A stretch of 64,000 bases of DNA from Eledone cirrhosa (taxonomy: Eukaryota), in contig OZ024741.1 of assembly GCA_964016885.1 (NCBI GenBank), positions 58,962,001 through 59,026,000 of the forward strand. The letters are read 5' to 3'. Positions 14,001-26,394 of the stretch are shown here, in pieces. The position numbers and the translations under genes are program-made. The notes below the pieces were generated by a model. It searched no databases, was not told the DNA's origin, and saw only the letters and a program-made list of their open reading frames with translations. Position 1 is the stretch's first letter. Each line of letters starts with the position of its first letter.

Positions 14001-14081
14001 AAGCAAAAATGTAGAGGCGAGAGTGGATGGTTTTAATTGTTTTGGTGTGTTGTTCATTTGTTTGTTTGTTAATGGCAGCAA
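11061..14081 (-). pseudogene. ORF2 APE-RT with one premature stop
   Basis: 887-aa ORF (LTETHL, GDFNLP, SDH, YLDFSKAFD, GVPQGTVLGP, FADD); TAA at 11418 in YSL*RRRERY; the same frame continues to 11061. Confidence 0.92.
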
Positions 14082-14585
14082 TGGGAGTTTGTGCAGTGGG
14101 GTGATAGTGGAGGGTGGTGCTGGGTGATAGCTCGAATGTTTTTCTCCAGTTCTTTTGCCAGATTCATTATGGCTAAAAAAGAGGAAGAAGTTTCCTGTTT
14201 AGAAGACTGTTGGTGACTGTGGTAGTGGTTATTTTTATGTAGGTTATGGTTTTTGTTTTTGCTTTTATTTTTAATTTTATTTTCATTTGTCCGACGGGTC
14301 CCCGGGAGATGGGTAAAGGGACAATCCCGGTCTAAACACAATCTGTCTCGCAGGGAAAAGCGGCAGATTTGTGGATTCCTTGTTTGAGTTATTGGTGGTT
14401 GTGTTGGTGTTAAATTAGAGTATGTATTATGGTGGTGGCTGTTTGTGGGGATAGATCGTTTTGTCCTAGGTAAATGGGTGAATTTGCAGCCACTATCCGT
14501 ACATATTCTATAGCGTAGAGAGTAGCGGCAAATGATGGGGTTTCGAGTGGGTGGGTATGTGGGTGTGTGTGTTGTGAGAGGTGTA
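14069..14585 (-). CDS. Partial LINE ORF1 with two CCCH zinc fingers
   Basis: [19 protein letters not shown] and [19 protein letters not shown] (C-x8-C-x4-C-x3-H), each followed by LPxT[KR]R; overlaps the ORF2 start. Confidence 0.75.
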
Positions 14586-14711
14586 GATATATGTATATAT
14601 ATGTATATATATATAAGTATATATATATATGTATATATATATATGTATATATATGTATATATATATATGTATATATATGTATATATATATATGTTTATAT
14701 ATATGTATATA

Positions 14712-14769
<58 letters not shown>

Positions 14770-14772
14770 ACC

Positions 14773-14826
<54 letters not shown>

Positions 14827-14932
14827 ATAATAATAAAATTGAAGACTAAAATCCAAAGAGGGCTCGATAAGGAAAATATATATCAAATATATAAGAACTG
14901 TAGAGCAAATATTTATTAAAATAACAGATTAA

Positions 14933-14983
14933 AGTTTAAGCAAAGAATCGCTGCTTTCACCCTTAACGGGATCTTCTGAAACT
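14933..14983 (-). ncRNA. Type I hammerhead with one core substitution
   Basis: Reverse complement: agttt-CAGAAGA-tcccgttaagggt-GAA-agcag cgattct ttgct-T-aaact; all three stems pair, core U4 is replaced by A. Confidence 0.6.
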
Positions 14984-15141
14984 AATAAAGTCAATCTGTA
15001 AACGCAGAACTGGATATTTAAAAAAAACGTTGCAACCGGAGGAAGACAGGAAGACGATACTTTGGTTCGTGGTAACGTTCGCTGGCAATGTAAACATATA
15101 TGTAAACATATAAACATATATATATATATGTATATATATAT

Positions 15142-15466
15142 ATGCTCCGATGGATGTGTAACAGTAATATATGTGAACGACAAAGCATAAATGAATTGAG
15201 AGAGAGACTGAGCATAAGAGGAATCAAATGCTGTGTGCAGGAGAGGCGGTTGCGCTGGTATGGACATGTGATGCGTATGAAGGATGACAGCTGCATAAAA
15301 AGGTGCAGAGCACTAGAAGTTGGTGGAAACCGCGGAGTGGGGAGACCCTAGATGACCTGGGATGAGGTGATAAAAGCCGACCTTACCCAATTACACCTCT
15401 CAAAGACAATGACACACGACCGTGACTTCTGGCGTCACGCAGTAATACAGAGTACCCGACCTCCCA
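15142..15466 (+). mobile_element. RTE subfamily B, 3' ORF fragment
   Basis: MLRWMCNSNI..RERLSIRGIKCCVQERR; matches the copy at 37964-38797. Confidence 0.9.
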
Positions 15467-16650
15467 TTGGGGAAATGGCCATGCTCAGTGTGTAGGAAAG
15501 GAGTAGGCAGAAACTCCATTTTATGTCCCAAATGCAAAGTATGGGTGCATAAAAGATGTAGTGGGATCACAGGTAAGCTAACTAAGAATATAGATTTTAT
15601 ATGTGTCCGGTGCTCTGGTGCAATAAGTAGCAGCAAGTGCCCACAGAATACTAGCTCATTCCATTGCACACATGGTACTATAGAAATAGTGGACACCTTC
15701 CGTTACCTGGGTGACAAAATCAGCGGTGGGGGAGGGTGCTCTGAAAGTACAGTAGCTAGAGTCAGAACGGGATGGAAAAAGTTCAGAGAGCTTATACCAC
15801 TATTGGCCGCTAAAGGGTTCTCACTAAAAATGAAAGGCAGGTTGTATGATGCCTGCATACGAACAGCAATGGTGCATGGCAGTGAGACCTGGGCATTGTG
15901 TGCAGAGGATATACACAGACTGGAGAGGAACAAAGCTTGCATGCTTCGCTGGATGTGTAATAGTAATATACGTGAACAGCAAAGCATAAACGAACTAAGG
16001 GAGAAATTAGGAATAAGAGGGATCAGATGCTGTTTACTCGAGAGAAGACTACGTTGGTATGGTCACGTGATGCACATGAAAGACGACAGCTGTATAAAAA
16101 AGTGCAGGGCGATAAAAATAGACGGTAGCCACGGAATAGGCAGACCCAGAAAAACCTGGGACGACTTGCTAAACTCCGACCTCACACACTTACACCTCTC
16201 CAAGACAATGTCACTGGACCGAGATCTTTGGCGCTACACAGTAATACAGAAGACCCGCCTTGCCTAAGTACAAAGCGAAACCTACAGTCAGTAGGCACTT
16301 CTAACAAAAATACACCCCAGCCTCACTACCTGCACCCCATCCACACCACCCCCTTAAATGTGAAGTTATGTTGGTACCACAGCATCCAGTCTGAAACAAA
16401 TGAGTTCGTGTAGGTGTCACGACAAAAAACACAGTCCATGCTGTAATGTGGCCGTGTAGGTAACATGGTAAAACCCTCCCAGTCCACACTGTTAACGTGG
16501 TTGGTGTTAGGAAGGGCATCCAGCTGTAGAAAACCCACCAGACAGTCCTATGCGAGCAAGACAACCACTCTTGTCTCAAGTGGGAAAATTCCCATCCAAA
16601 CCTATGCTAGCGTGAAAGATGGATGTTAAACGCTGATGATGATGATGATA
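15467..16650 (+). mobile_element. 5'-truncated RTE (PHD to 3' tail)
   Basis: 266-aa ORF starting GKWPCSVC; the 3' UTR matches copy 1 and ends in (GAT)n. Confidence 0.93.
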
Positions 16651-16786
16651 CCATTTCAAGATAGCAAAATATATATATAAATATGTACTAAAGAACATAT
16701 CAATATATACATATACAGATATATATATAAGGGATGCAAAAATACAAAGCCTTATAAGCTTCACCCTTAGAGGAAGTGGAGGAGGG

Positions 16787-16820
16787 TTCTACATTTCGGA
16801 TGGAAGTCCTTCATCAGGAA
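16787..16820 (-). ncRNA. Minimal hammerhead (PLE-type, CTGATGAAGG family)
   Basis: Reverse complement: ttc-CTGATGA-a-GGActtccaTCC-GAAAt-GTA-gaa. Confidence 0.6.
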
Positions 16821-17264
16821 TGTGCAGACAGGGTGAGAATAGGTAGGTATATGAAAGTTGTTACATGAAAGTTTGGAAAAAGATTGTTAGAATTGGGGAT
16901 GGTAGTCGAAGGATCCGGCATTCAGAAGTGGTGGCTGGGGTGGAGGATCCAGGTGTGGTTGTATGTGGGTCGATGGGTTGAAATTAGTAGGTGTGCATCA
17001 TTGCTTTAGTTTGTGTGTGTCTGCAAACATGTGCGTGTCTGTGTCTTATATTGTTGATGTGTACCCACTGGTGCCTGTGTATGTCTGTGAGTTCTTTAGT
17101 TTTTTTTTGTGCATGTGAGTGTGTGTATGTGACTTTGTTCTAATGTTTGTATGTATGTGAGTGTGTACGTTTCTGTGTGTGTATTTTCGTGTATGTGTAG
17201 GATGTGTGTGTGTATGTGTGTCTCCACATATGTGTTTGTGACTTTATGTCAATAGGATCCAAAC

Positions 17265-17384
17265 ACTGCTACACTAATGGAAGACGTGTGTGGACCACAA
17301 TGGGGACTATGTTGAAAAATAAACCTTATTTGGTCACATTCCATGAGAGTATCTTGGTCAGCTTATGAACTTTTCTGACGACCC

Positions 17385-17390
<6 letters not shown>
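17265..17390 (+). mobile_element. Mariner transposon 3' end fragment
   Basis: Encodes W..CV...GDYVEK* followed by a TIR-like gaacttttctgacgacccctg and TA. Confidence 0.7.
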
Positions 17391-17422
<32 letters not shown>

Positions 17423-17880
17423 CATCATCATCATTGTTGTTTTACCATCAACCTTCCCTGCTAGCAAGGGTTGGGCAGGTCTACATAGACGAAGTCTGTA
17501 CTGAAGCAGAGCTACAGATCTCTTAAGCAAGCCAAAGATCTGTGTCTCATTTATATATGGTCCCATGCTTGAGCAAGTGCTCAGGAGACGCCGTCATGCC
17601 CCTGCCATGACTGAGGGGCCTCCTAATACTTTATCTGGCAAGATTTCCATGGCTGGATGCCCTTCCTATGACCAGCCACTTTACAGTGTGTACTGGGTGC
17701 ATTTATCATGTAGATCACCAACACAAGGAAGGTTGTCATGCCCTTGACATATATATATATAACCAGAATTAAATTAAGGGTGTCATGTCTGAGAAAGATG
17801 CGCCATACCCTCTGTAGAATAATCTCAAAGATTCTAAGGGATAAATCCGAGCATTTATTAGCATTCAATTAAAAATCGAT

Positions 17881-17942
<62 letters not shown>

Positions 17943-18194
17943 AACACATCAAACAATCTCAGGGGATGATTTGTAAAGAGTATAAACACACAAAGTTACA
18001 TAGGTAACAAATTAACGAGAACTTCAAATATATCTATCAAATATATCTAACGAAGTTCTCGTTAAATTTTAATTTGTTACCTACAATATTGTTATCTTAC
18101 AATAATGATTAATCTCCTTTGTATATATTACATTAAATAAAGAAATATATTTCATCATTAATCGGTAAATCACAGTAGGCAAATCCCAGATCAT

Positions 18195-18585
18195 AATCAT
18201 CATCATTTTTACATCTGCTTTTCCATATTGCATGGGTTGGACAGTCCTTCTCAGAATGGCATCTCTCCACTTGTCACATTCTTTCATCATCTCCTCTGCC
18301 AATCTTAGCGATTTGAAGTCAGCTCTCACAATCTCTGCCCCAAGTCTTTCTTAATCCTCTTTTACTGCAGCTTCATTCCACTGGGATTTCCTGATATTTC
18401 TTCATCCATCTATACCAACGCAGTCTTCTCTCCTGTACACCACCTCAGATACCTCTTAAACCCAGCTTCTCATTCAGCTCGTCCGAGCTCTGCCTTTCAC
18501 ACTTACATTGCACATCTAACAAAGTGTGGTTGCTTCATTTCCCTCCAGTCTATGTAGTCACAGCCCATGTTTCACTACCATGCAT
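18195..18585 (-). mobile_element. Old RTE 3' fragment
   Basis: HGSETWA and RRLRWY remnants on the minus strand, with a (CAT)n tail on the left. Confidence 0.75.
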
Positions 18586-18586
18586 C

Positions 18587-18645
<59 letters not shown>

Positions 18646-19085
18646 CTCTCTCTCTTTCTCCCTCTCTCTCTCTCTAAATCCTTTCATTTTCCTTTCATTT
18701 TACGTCCGCTTTTCCCTGCTTGCAAGGGTGGGACGAGAACTGATTCTGGCTTGATTTCTACAGCTGGATGCCCTTCCTAACACCAACCTCATTTACAGTG
18801 AGTGCCGGGTGCTTTTTTGCCATGGCACCTTCACGACCACTTTGCAGTGGAATGATAGGGACCCCAGTCCCTATCATCTCATCTCTACAGCTCAGTAAAC
18901 TGGAGCAATGTGAAAATAAAGTGTCTTGCTCAAGGAAACAACACATCACCCGGTCTGAGAATTGAACTCACAACCTTTCGATTGCAAGGCCAATGCTCTA
19001 ACCACTAAGCCATGTGCCTCCAAATATATATATATATATAGTGACGAAACATAAGTCAATTGCATGGACTCATAATCCTTTATTT

Positions 19086-19141
19086 ACTGCTATATATATT
19101 TCGATGATAGCCATTGAATGGCTATGACCTCATCAGGCAGT
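19086..19141 (-). ncRNA. Minimal type I hammerhead, identical to 7966-8021
   Basis: Lies in a copy (19041-19209) of the element at 7921-8089. Confidence 0.85.
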
Positions 19142-19602
19142 TAGTCAGTTCTTAGATATGCCAGCTCTGTGTTTATGGTGTTGATGGTATCAGAGCCTTG
19201 GGACATATGTATATGTCATATGACATATGTATATGGCCTAATACACACATATATATATATATATGTGTGTATTAGGCCGTCCGTTGTAGTGATTGCATCA
19301 CAAGCCAAACTGCCTCCGTATTAATCCTTTGTTCAGATTTTGCTGTAACTCTTTAGGGATTACAGAACTAAATCTTTTAAATCGTTCATGTTCAATACAT
19401 CTGATGACATTGCTGATTGTCTTGCATCGTGCTCTGATGACACAAGCCAGCCATAGACATATGTATCATTTAATTGTGTAACATTAAAGGAATATATTGG
19501 AATCTGGCCTTCTATTTTCATTGAAATATATATATATGTGCATACACACACACACACACATATGCACACACACACACATATGTGTATAGCATATATATAA
19601 TT

Positions 19603-20125
19603 ACATAGGTAAGAGTCAGCATGAATACTGAATTGAAGATTTCGATTTTGGCTTACACCTACCTCACTTCTTCTGATGACCGAATGTTGAAGCTGGTACA
19701 TTACTGCACAAATGGTCATTAATCATATGATTGTGAATGAAAGCAGCTGAAATGGGTTTCTTTCGAAGCATACTTAGAGTTACATTACTTGACAGAGTGC
19801 ATCGCTCAGAGATCAAGGAGTTGCTCTAGGTAAAGCTGCAACTTCTCTGAATTGAGATAACAGCTCATGTACTACAGATATGTGGTAAGAATGTCTAAGG
19901 AAAGAATTGCTGGACAGATTTTATGGGAAAAATCAACCGGAAAGAGACCCAGGGGTTGTCTCTGAGGAAAATGGTTGGATAACATCCATAAATTCAGCTG
20001 GTCTTGCTTGGGGATGGAGCCAGACCACTGGAGATGGTTGCTTTTGACAGGACCTGCTGGAAGATGTGCTTGTGTACTCTGCCTTTATGACCCTTTCCGG
20101 AATATGTCAGTAAAGAAGAAGTAGG
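19603..20125. mobile_element. Expander-like RTE 3' fragment with a 5' inversion
   Basis: 19603-19707 is the reverse complement of sequence matching 34778-34880; 19722 onward is forward, matches about 34910 onward and includes GKRPRG. Confidence 0.65.
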
Positions 20126-20523
20126 TATAAATATGTATATTTTATATATGTCTATAGATACATACATGTAAATATGAAGGATTAATACAATTTAAAATTC
20201 AGAAACAAGTTTGCTTTCCTGGGAAATGAACTGCACCCAATAATGTGTGTAGAGTTTTCACTCTGCTCTTTCTTCCCTCTTTTATTGAATTTTTCACTCG
20301 TTCTTACTTTTTCCTTTTCCTCTTTTTTCTCTCTTTCTGGTTATTACTTCTTCTTTAAATACTTTCATTATTATGTATAATAAACTTTGCCTTTCATCCT
20401 TACGGGGTCGATAAAATAAAGTACGAGTAATGTACTGGGTAATTACTGGGCTTGTGCCAAAAGTAGAAACAATTATTATGTATAATAAACAACTTTTAGC
20501 AAATTTCATCAAATTCTTGATTA

Positions 20524-20823
20524 CAGTGGTACCTCGGATCATGAACGCCTCTCATTCACAAACAATTTTTGCAATCACAAATGGTGTCTCGAAAATGAAA
20601 ACTTAATCCGGCAACAACAGTTTCAATATTAGCGGGAAAGCCTCACTTGCTGTGTAGTTAGATACTATGGTGACATCTATCTGTCTTTCACACACAGTCC
20701 CTCTCTCTCACTGTACTTCTCTCTCAACATTTCATATGGGAAAAAATAGCTTGGGTTTATGAACATTTTGGGTGACGAACGGCCTTCAGGAATAAAGTAA
20801 GTTTGTGAACCAAGGATCCACTG
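20524..20823. mobile_element. pogo/Tigger-like MITE
   Basis: TIRs cagtggtacctcgg / ccaaggatccactg, preceded by TA. Confidence 0.7.
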
Positions 20824-20838
20824 TGTTTTCAAACTTAA

Positions 20839-21078
20839 CTCTTAATGTCTCATATTGCACAAAACCACATTAGAAAGGCATTCTTTCAAACAACAATTAG
20901 CAAGACATTCTTGAAAAGTACAAAGCAGCACAATGACATCGTGTTAGACATTAAGTTCTTTGCTTTAGTTTATTGTAAATTTTCACAACAATCTGTCCAC
21001 TAGTAAAGATACTATAAACATTTGAATTAAACCCATTTTGAGATTTGTTTCTGCTAAGTCATTACATGATATTAAGAG
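20839..21078. mobile_element. piggyBac-like MITE, family 2
   Basis: TTAA-ctcttaatgtc ... gatattaagag-TTAA; related pieces at 1-140 and 61359-61510. Confidence 0.7.
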
Positions 21079-21769
21079 TTAATACGGAGCAATAGTGTAT
21101 TTCATTAGAGATATGGTAACGTAAAGGTTAATTTAAGTTTCAGTATATACCAAAATTGCCAACAATCAATATTTAGGCCACATATAGACCGGAAGACTTC
21201 TTATTTGTTAAAGTATGACTGGTGTTAATAACTCCAATGTGCAATGAATTAATACACCATGGCAAAGTCTATGTGTATACATAGAGAAAAGTAATGAATG
21301 GTATTCAAGAGTGTATATATTATTAATTCAATAAAGATGAAATAAAGGTTTATTTCAGTCTAAATCCATCCAATTTCAATTTAATGTATTTAGAACTACG
21401 ATATTGCAGGCTAAAATATTTGTGGTTGATTAATTACTATAACACAGAAGAGCAAACTTTATAAAGTTGATGTTGAAAAAGCACTTCAAATTGATATGAA
21501 TGTATATAGATGTAGGATTAGTAGTATCATCATCATCATCATCATCATCCTCATCATCGTTTAACATCCACGCTACCATGGGCTTGACAGGTTGTCTCAT
21601 TTGAGCAAGTTAAGTCAGGTGACTGTGTTCTGCTTATACAGATCTGTTTCTGACTAGATTTCTACAGCAGGGTGTCCTTCCTAATGCCAACCACATTTAC
21701 AGTGTGTGCTGGGTGCTTTTGTCATGACTCCTACACAACCATTTTAGTAGTGTATATAAATATATATCA

Positions 21770-23125
21770 TCATAATCAGTGTTTAATGTCCATTTTTTCC
21801 ATGTTTTCATGGGTTAGACAGGTTGTCACATTATGAGACAAGTCAGGTCTGGAGACCAACATGCTCATCTGGATCTGTATTTTGGCTTCGTTTCAACAGC
21901 TGGATACCTTTTCTCACACCAACCACTTTATAGTGTGGACTAGGTACTTTTTATAATGGCAGTGAAACAACCACCAAACAGGGTTGGCTGGGTGCTTTTT
22001 GTCATGTCACCAATACGATCACCAATCAGGTTGGTCTGGGGGCTTTTTGTTGTGTCACCAACACAACTACCTTACATGATGGACTGGGTGCTTTTGTTGT
22101 GGTGGCACTGGATCAGCATACAAGGTGAACTTTGTGCTTTTTGTTGTGGCAAATCAGATGTAGAATGTGTCCAGCTTGTATGCATGGGTTGGGAAGGTGG
22201 GGTGTATCAGGGGTGAGGGTTCAGACGGAAGGGTAAGCAAGTTGGACATGGACAAGATGCATGGGGTATTAAGATTGAGGAGAGTGAATGGGGAGGGGTG
22301 GAGAGAAGATTAGTGCAGACTAGTGTGTCCTCTACAAGTTTGTTTCATTTTAATTTGTGCTCAAGGAAAAGCAGGTCTTCTGCAGTACAGCATGATGCCA
22401 GAGATCCCGATCGTTTGTCATCTTTTTTGTCAAGTTTAATTGGGCAAGGTCAGCTTTTATCACTTCATCTCAGACTTTCCTCACTTTTCCTCCATAGTTA
22501 CCATCGACTCTGGATGCCTCACACCTTTATATACAGCTGTCATCTTCCATATTCATCATATATCCAAACCACAGCAATCTCCTCTCCTGTATCCTGTACA
22601 CTGAATCTGGCCCCATTTATGCTTAGTTTCTCTCTCAGTTCACTGGTGCTTTGACCTTCCTGCACATTACTGTTACACATCTATTTGAGCATGCAAGCTT
22701 AAATTACTTCCAATCTTTATAGGTCTTCTGCACATATTGCCCAGGTCTCACTTCCATGTAATATTGCTGTTAGTACATAAGCTTTATACAATCTGCCTTT
22801 CATTTTGTAGCTAGCAGTGGTGGTATCTCCCTGAACCTTTTCGATCCCATTCTCACTTTGGCTACTGTACTTTCAGAACACCTCCACTGCTAATTTGTTC
22901 ACTTAGGTAACAGAAACTATTGACTATTTCTACAGAGCCTTTGAGCATCTAAAAGAGCTTGTTTCCTGTGAGCTCTTGCTAGTTACTGCTCCTGTACATC
23001 AACCTCATATAAATCCTATGTTGTTTACTAGCTTGCCACTACATCTCTTATGTACCCATGGCTTGCATTTAGAACATAGGATGGAATTTCTACCTGTACA
23101 TTTCCTGCCCACTGAGCAAGGCCAT
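21770..23125 (-). mobile_element. Old RTE 3' half with a repeat-rich 3' UTR
   Basis: Decayed PHD/RT (WPCS, HKRCSG, HGSETW) plus the UTR motif ctggat(a/g)ccyttyct.acaccaacc. Confidence 0.75.
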
Positions 23126-23643
23126 CCAAAGAGGAATGAACGGGAACCACATTTAAATATGGAACTCAATATATTTGTTAAGGTACATATTTATTTCATA
23201 TAGAAATTACTTCTACAGGTCTAGAATTGTTTCATTTGTTTGATATCACCAGGACATTCTTGATTTCAAATGAATGGAATAATTCTAGTCCTGTAGAAGT
23301 AATTTCTATATGAAATATATATACAGAAATACATTCATTTGGTGAATCTCTAAATTTATCCATTTTTCCAGTGCACACTATGCATGTTAAATCTGTTATC
23401 TATATATTTCTGTTATATTGTATTTTATCTTTATTTTTGTCAAAAAACACCTGTCAATTTTTCTGTTCATTCTTTGTTTTATTACCCTCTCACATGTATC
23501 TTATTAACAGCACAGTTCTACAATTTGTTGAACAAAATGGCACAAGTGCAATACTATACTAATGTGAAAAACTGCATTCCAGCAAGGTGGCTGAGATAGT
23601 AGAGAGGCAGATGTCTGTTTGTCTTCTGCGTTCTGTGTGTATA

Positions 23644-25376
23644 TCATCATCATCATCTTCGTTTAACGTCCATTTTCCACGTTAGCATGGGTTAGATGGG
23701 AGTTGTCCCACTTGAGGCAAGGCTGGTCGGGTGACCATGTCTCACTCATATAGGACTATCTGGCAGGTTTTCTACGGCTGGATGCCCTTCCTAACACCAA
23801 CCACATCTACAGTGTGGATCTGGGAACTTTTTCCCGTGTTACCTACATGGTCACATTACAGCGTGGACTGTGTGTGTTTTTTTTTTGTCGTGACACCTAC
23901 ACGAACTCGATCTCATTTTCTCGTGCTGTTGGTGGGGGTGGGAAGATAGGGTAGGGGTAGTAGATTGGGGGTGTATATTTGGTTAAGAGGTGCCTACTGA
24001 CTGTAGGTTTCGCTTTGTACATAGGCAAGGCAGGTCTTCTGTGTTACTGCGTAGCGCCAAACATCTCAGTCCAGAGACATTGTCTTAGAGAGATGTAAGT
24101 GTGTGAGGTCGGAATTTATCAGATCATCCCAGGTTTTTCTAGGTCTACCTACTCCGTAACTACCATCAATTTTGATCGCCCTGCACTTTTTTATGCAGCT
24201 GTCGTCTTTCATGCGCATCACGTGACCATGTCAACGTAGTCTTCTCTCAAGTAAACAGCATCTGATCCCTCTTATTCCTAATTTCTCACTTAGTTCATTT
24301 ATGCTTTGCCGTTCACGTATATTACTATTACACATCCAACGGAGCATACATGCTTCGTTCCTTTCCAGTCTACACAGGTCCTCTGCACGTAATGCCCATG
24401 TCTCACTGCCATGTAGCATTTCTGTTCGTATACAGGCATCATACAATCTGCCTTTCATTTTTAGAGAGAAACCTTTTGTGGCCAACAGCGGTATAAGCTC
24501 TCTGAACTTTTTCCATCCCGTTCTGACTCTGGCTACTGTACTTTCAGAACACCCTCCACCACTGCTGATTTCGTCACCCAGGTAACGGAAAGTGTCTACT
24601 ATTTCTATAGAGCCATCTGGGCAATGAAAGGAGCTAGTATCCTTTGGACACTTGCTACTTATTTCACCTGAGCATTGGTCACATATAAAGTCTACGTTCT
24701 TAGATAGTTTACCTGTGATCCCACTACATCTTTTATGTACCCATACTTTGCATTTGGGACATAAAACGGAATTTCTGCCTACTCCTTTCTTACACACCGA
24801 GCATGGCTATTTCCCTGAGGGTACCTGTGCCCTATTTTCCCTTCTACAAACTAGAACTTTAGTTTTAGACAAGTTAACTTTAAGGCCTTTTGATTCTAGG
24901 CCATGCTTCCATTTTTCGAATTTCTTCTCTAGTTCAGCCATTGATTCAGCTATGAGCATTAGATCATCTGCGTATAGGAGTTCCCATGGGCAGCCGGTCT
25001 TGAACTCCTCTGTTATAGCCTGAAGGGCAATAATAAATAAGAGGGGGCTAAGGACAGAGCCCTGATGAACGCCAACTTTTACACTAAATTCTTCACAATA
25101 TTCATTGTTAATTCTAACCTTACTGACTGTTTCATTATACATAGCTTGTATAGCTCTCACAAGCCATTCATCTACACCTAGTTTTCTAAGAGCCACCAGA
25201 TAACGGAGCGGGGGACTCTGTCAAAAGCTTTCTCCAGGTCTACAAAAGCTAAGTAGAGGGGTTTACTTTTAGCTAGGTACTTCTCTTGTAGTTGTCGTAC
25301 AAGGAAAAGAGCGTCTGTGGTACTTTTACCTGACACAAACCCAATCTGCATTTCATCTAGATCAATTCGCTCTCTG
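23644..25376 (-). mobile_element. 5'-truncated RTE copy
   Basis: ORF pieces 24807-25196 (YADD) and 24231-24797 (PHD); (CAT)n tail at 23644. Confidence 0.93.
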
Positions 25377-25394
25377 GTTTATATATATATATAT

Positions 25395-26192
25395 ATATAC
25401 TATAAAGTGTGTCCATAAAATCATTTGATAATATATATATACACCATTTCCTCTCCCAATTAGCATAATCAACTACAAAAAATCAATTAAACTAGGCTAT
25501 AAGATTAAAAGCCACATAAAATAGTAGATAAATAAACGACAGCAATTTATTCGCGATCAACAGCTATAGAATATTTACCCATCATTTCAATAGCACGTGG
25601 AAATCGATTAAATATACCGTCAACCATACACAATTAGGTATAAAATTAAAGTTGGAAGAAAAAATGCATATACACATACCAGGATTACGTTTCTACCCTT
25701 AGGGTTTCGTTCGCTCTCGGAAATATCCTATCAAGGATAAAATCTCGAGCTTCGAACTCATCAGGAAACAAACTCATTTGGACAAAGAATTTTCTTAAGT
25801 GGTCCCCGCCAGAAACGAATTCAAAATGGCTAAGAACTGTGATGTGGCAGTGGTCAAGTCAGAAAGAATGTGATTGGTGGCTTACGGCGAGTGGGCTGGT
25901 TGCTAGAAAGCGCAGCCCAATATTGCCCAAATTGCATCTCAACCTTATGGGAGATTATCAAATATAAAGATTTACATATAGACAAACTAGACAAAGTCAC
26001 AGATATATATGTTTTGGCAACCATTCACGATGTGGCTCAATGATGAATTAATAAATTAAATAATCAGAGCAATATACTATAAAGTATGTCCATAGAATCA
26101 TTTGATAATATATATACACCATTTCCTCTCCCAATTAACATAATCAACCACACAAAAAATCAATTAAACCAGGCTATAAGATTAAAAGGCAC
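25395..26192 (-). mobile_element. Terminally redundant non-coding unit (period about 677 bp) containing a hammerhead; retrozyme/PLE-like
   Basis: About 120-bp direct repeats at 25395-25515 and 26072-26192; (TA)n on both sides. Confidence 0.7.
25689..25769 (-). ncRNA. Complete type I hammerhead with a very long stem II
   Basis: Reverse complement: gtttc-CTGATGA-GTTCG...TATCCTtgatAGGATA...CGAAC-GAA-ACCCtaaGGGT-A-gaaac. Confidence 0.9.
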
Positions 26193-26205
26193 CTATGAAG
26201 AAATA

Positions 26206-26239
<34 letters not shown>

Positions 26240-26315
26240 AAAGAATGAAGAATAACATGGTCGGCTGTACAATAGGGTTTATTTAGTTGGATTACCTTAA
26301 ACGATATCTTGTTAT

Positions 26316-26392
<77 letters not shown>

Positions 26393-26394
<2 letters not shown>

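Larger units (their letters stand above)
10963..14585 (-). mobile_element. CR1-group (CR1/L2/Crack/Daphne-like) LINE, 5'-truncated in ORF1, (TTCAAAGTTA)3 tail
   Basis: ORF2 APE+RT, partial ORF1, 3' stem-loop tggcc...ggcca and a 10-bp tandem tail at 10963-10994; flanked by (TA)n. Confidence 0.9.

Noticed and set aside
19672-19745. CTGATGA...GAAA as a hammerhead
   Set aside because: It is RTE coding sequence spanning an inversion junction; stems I and III do not form.
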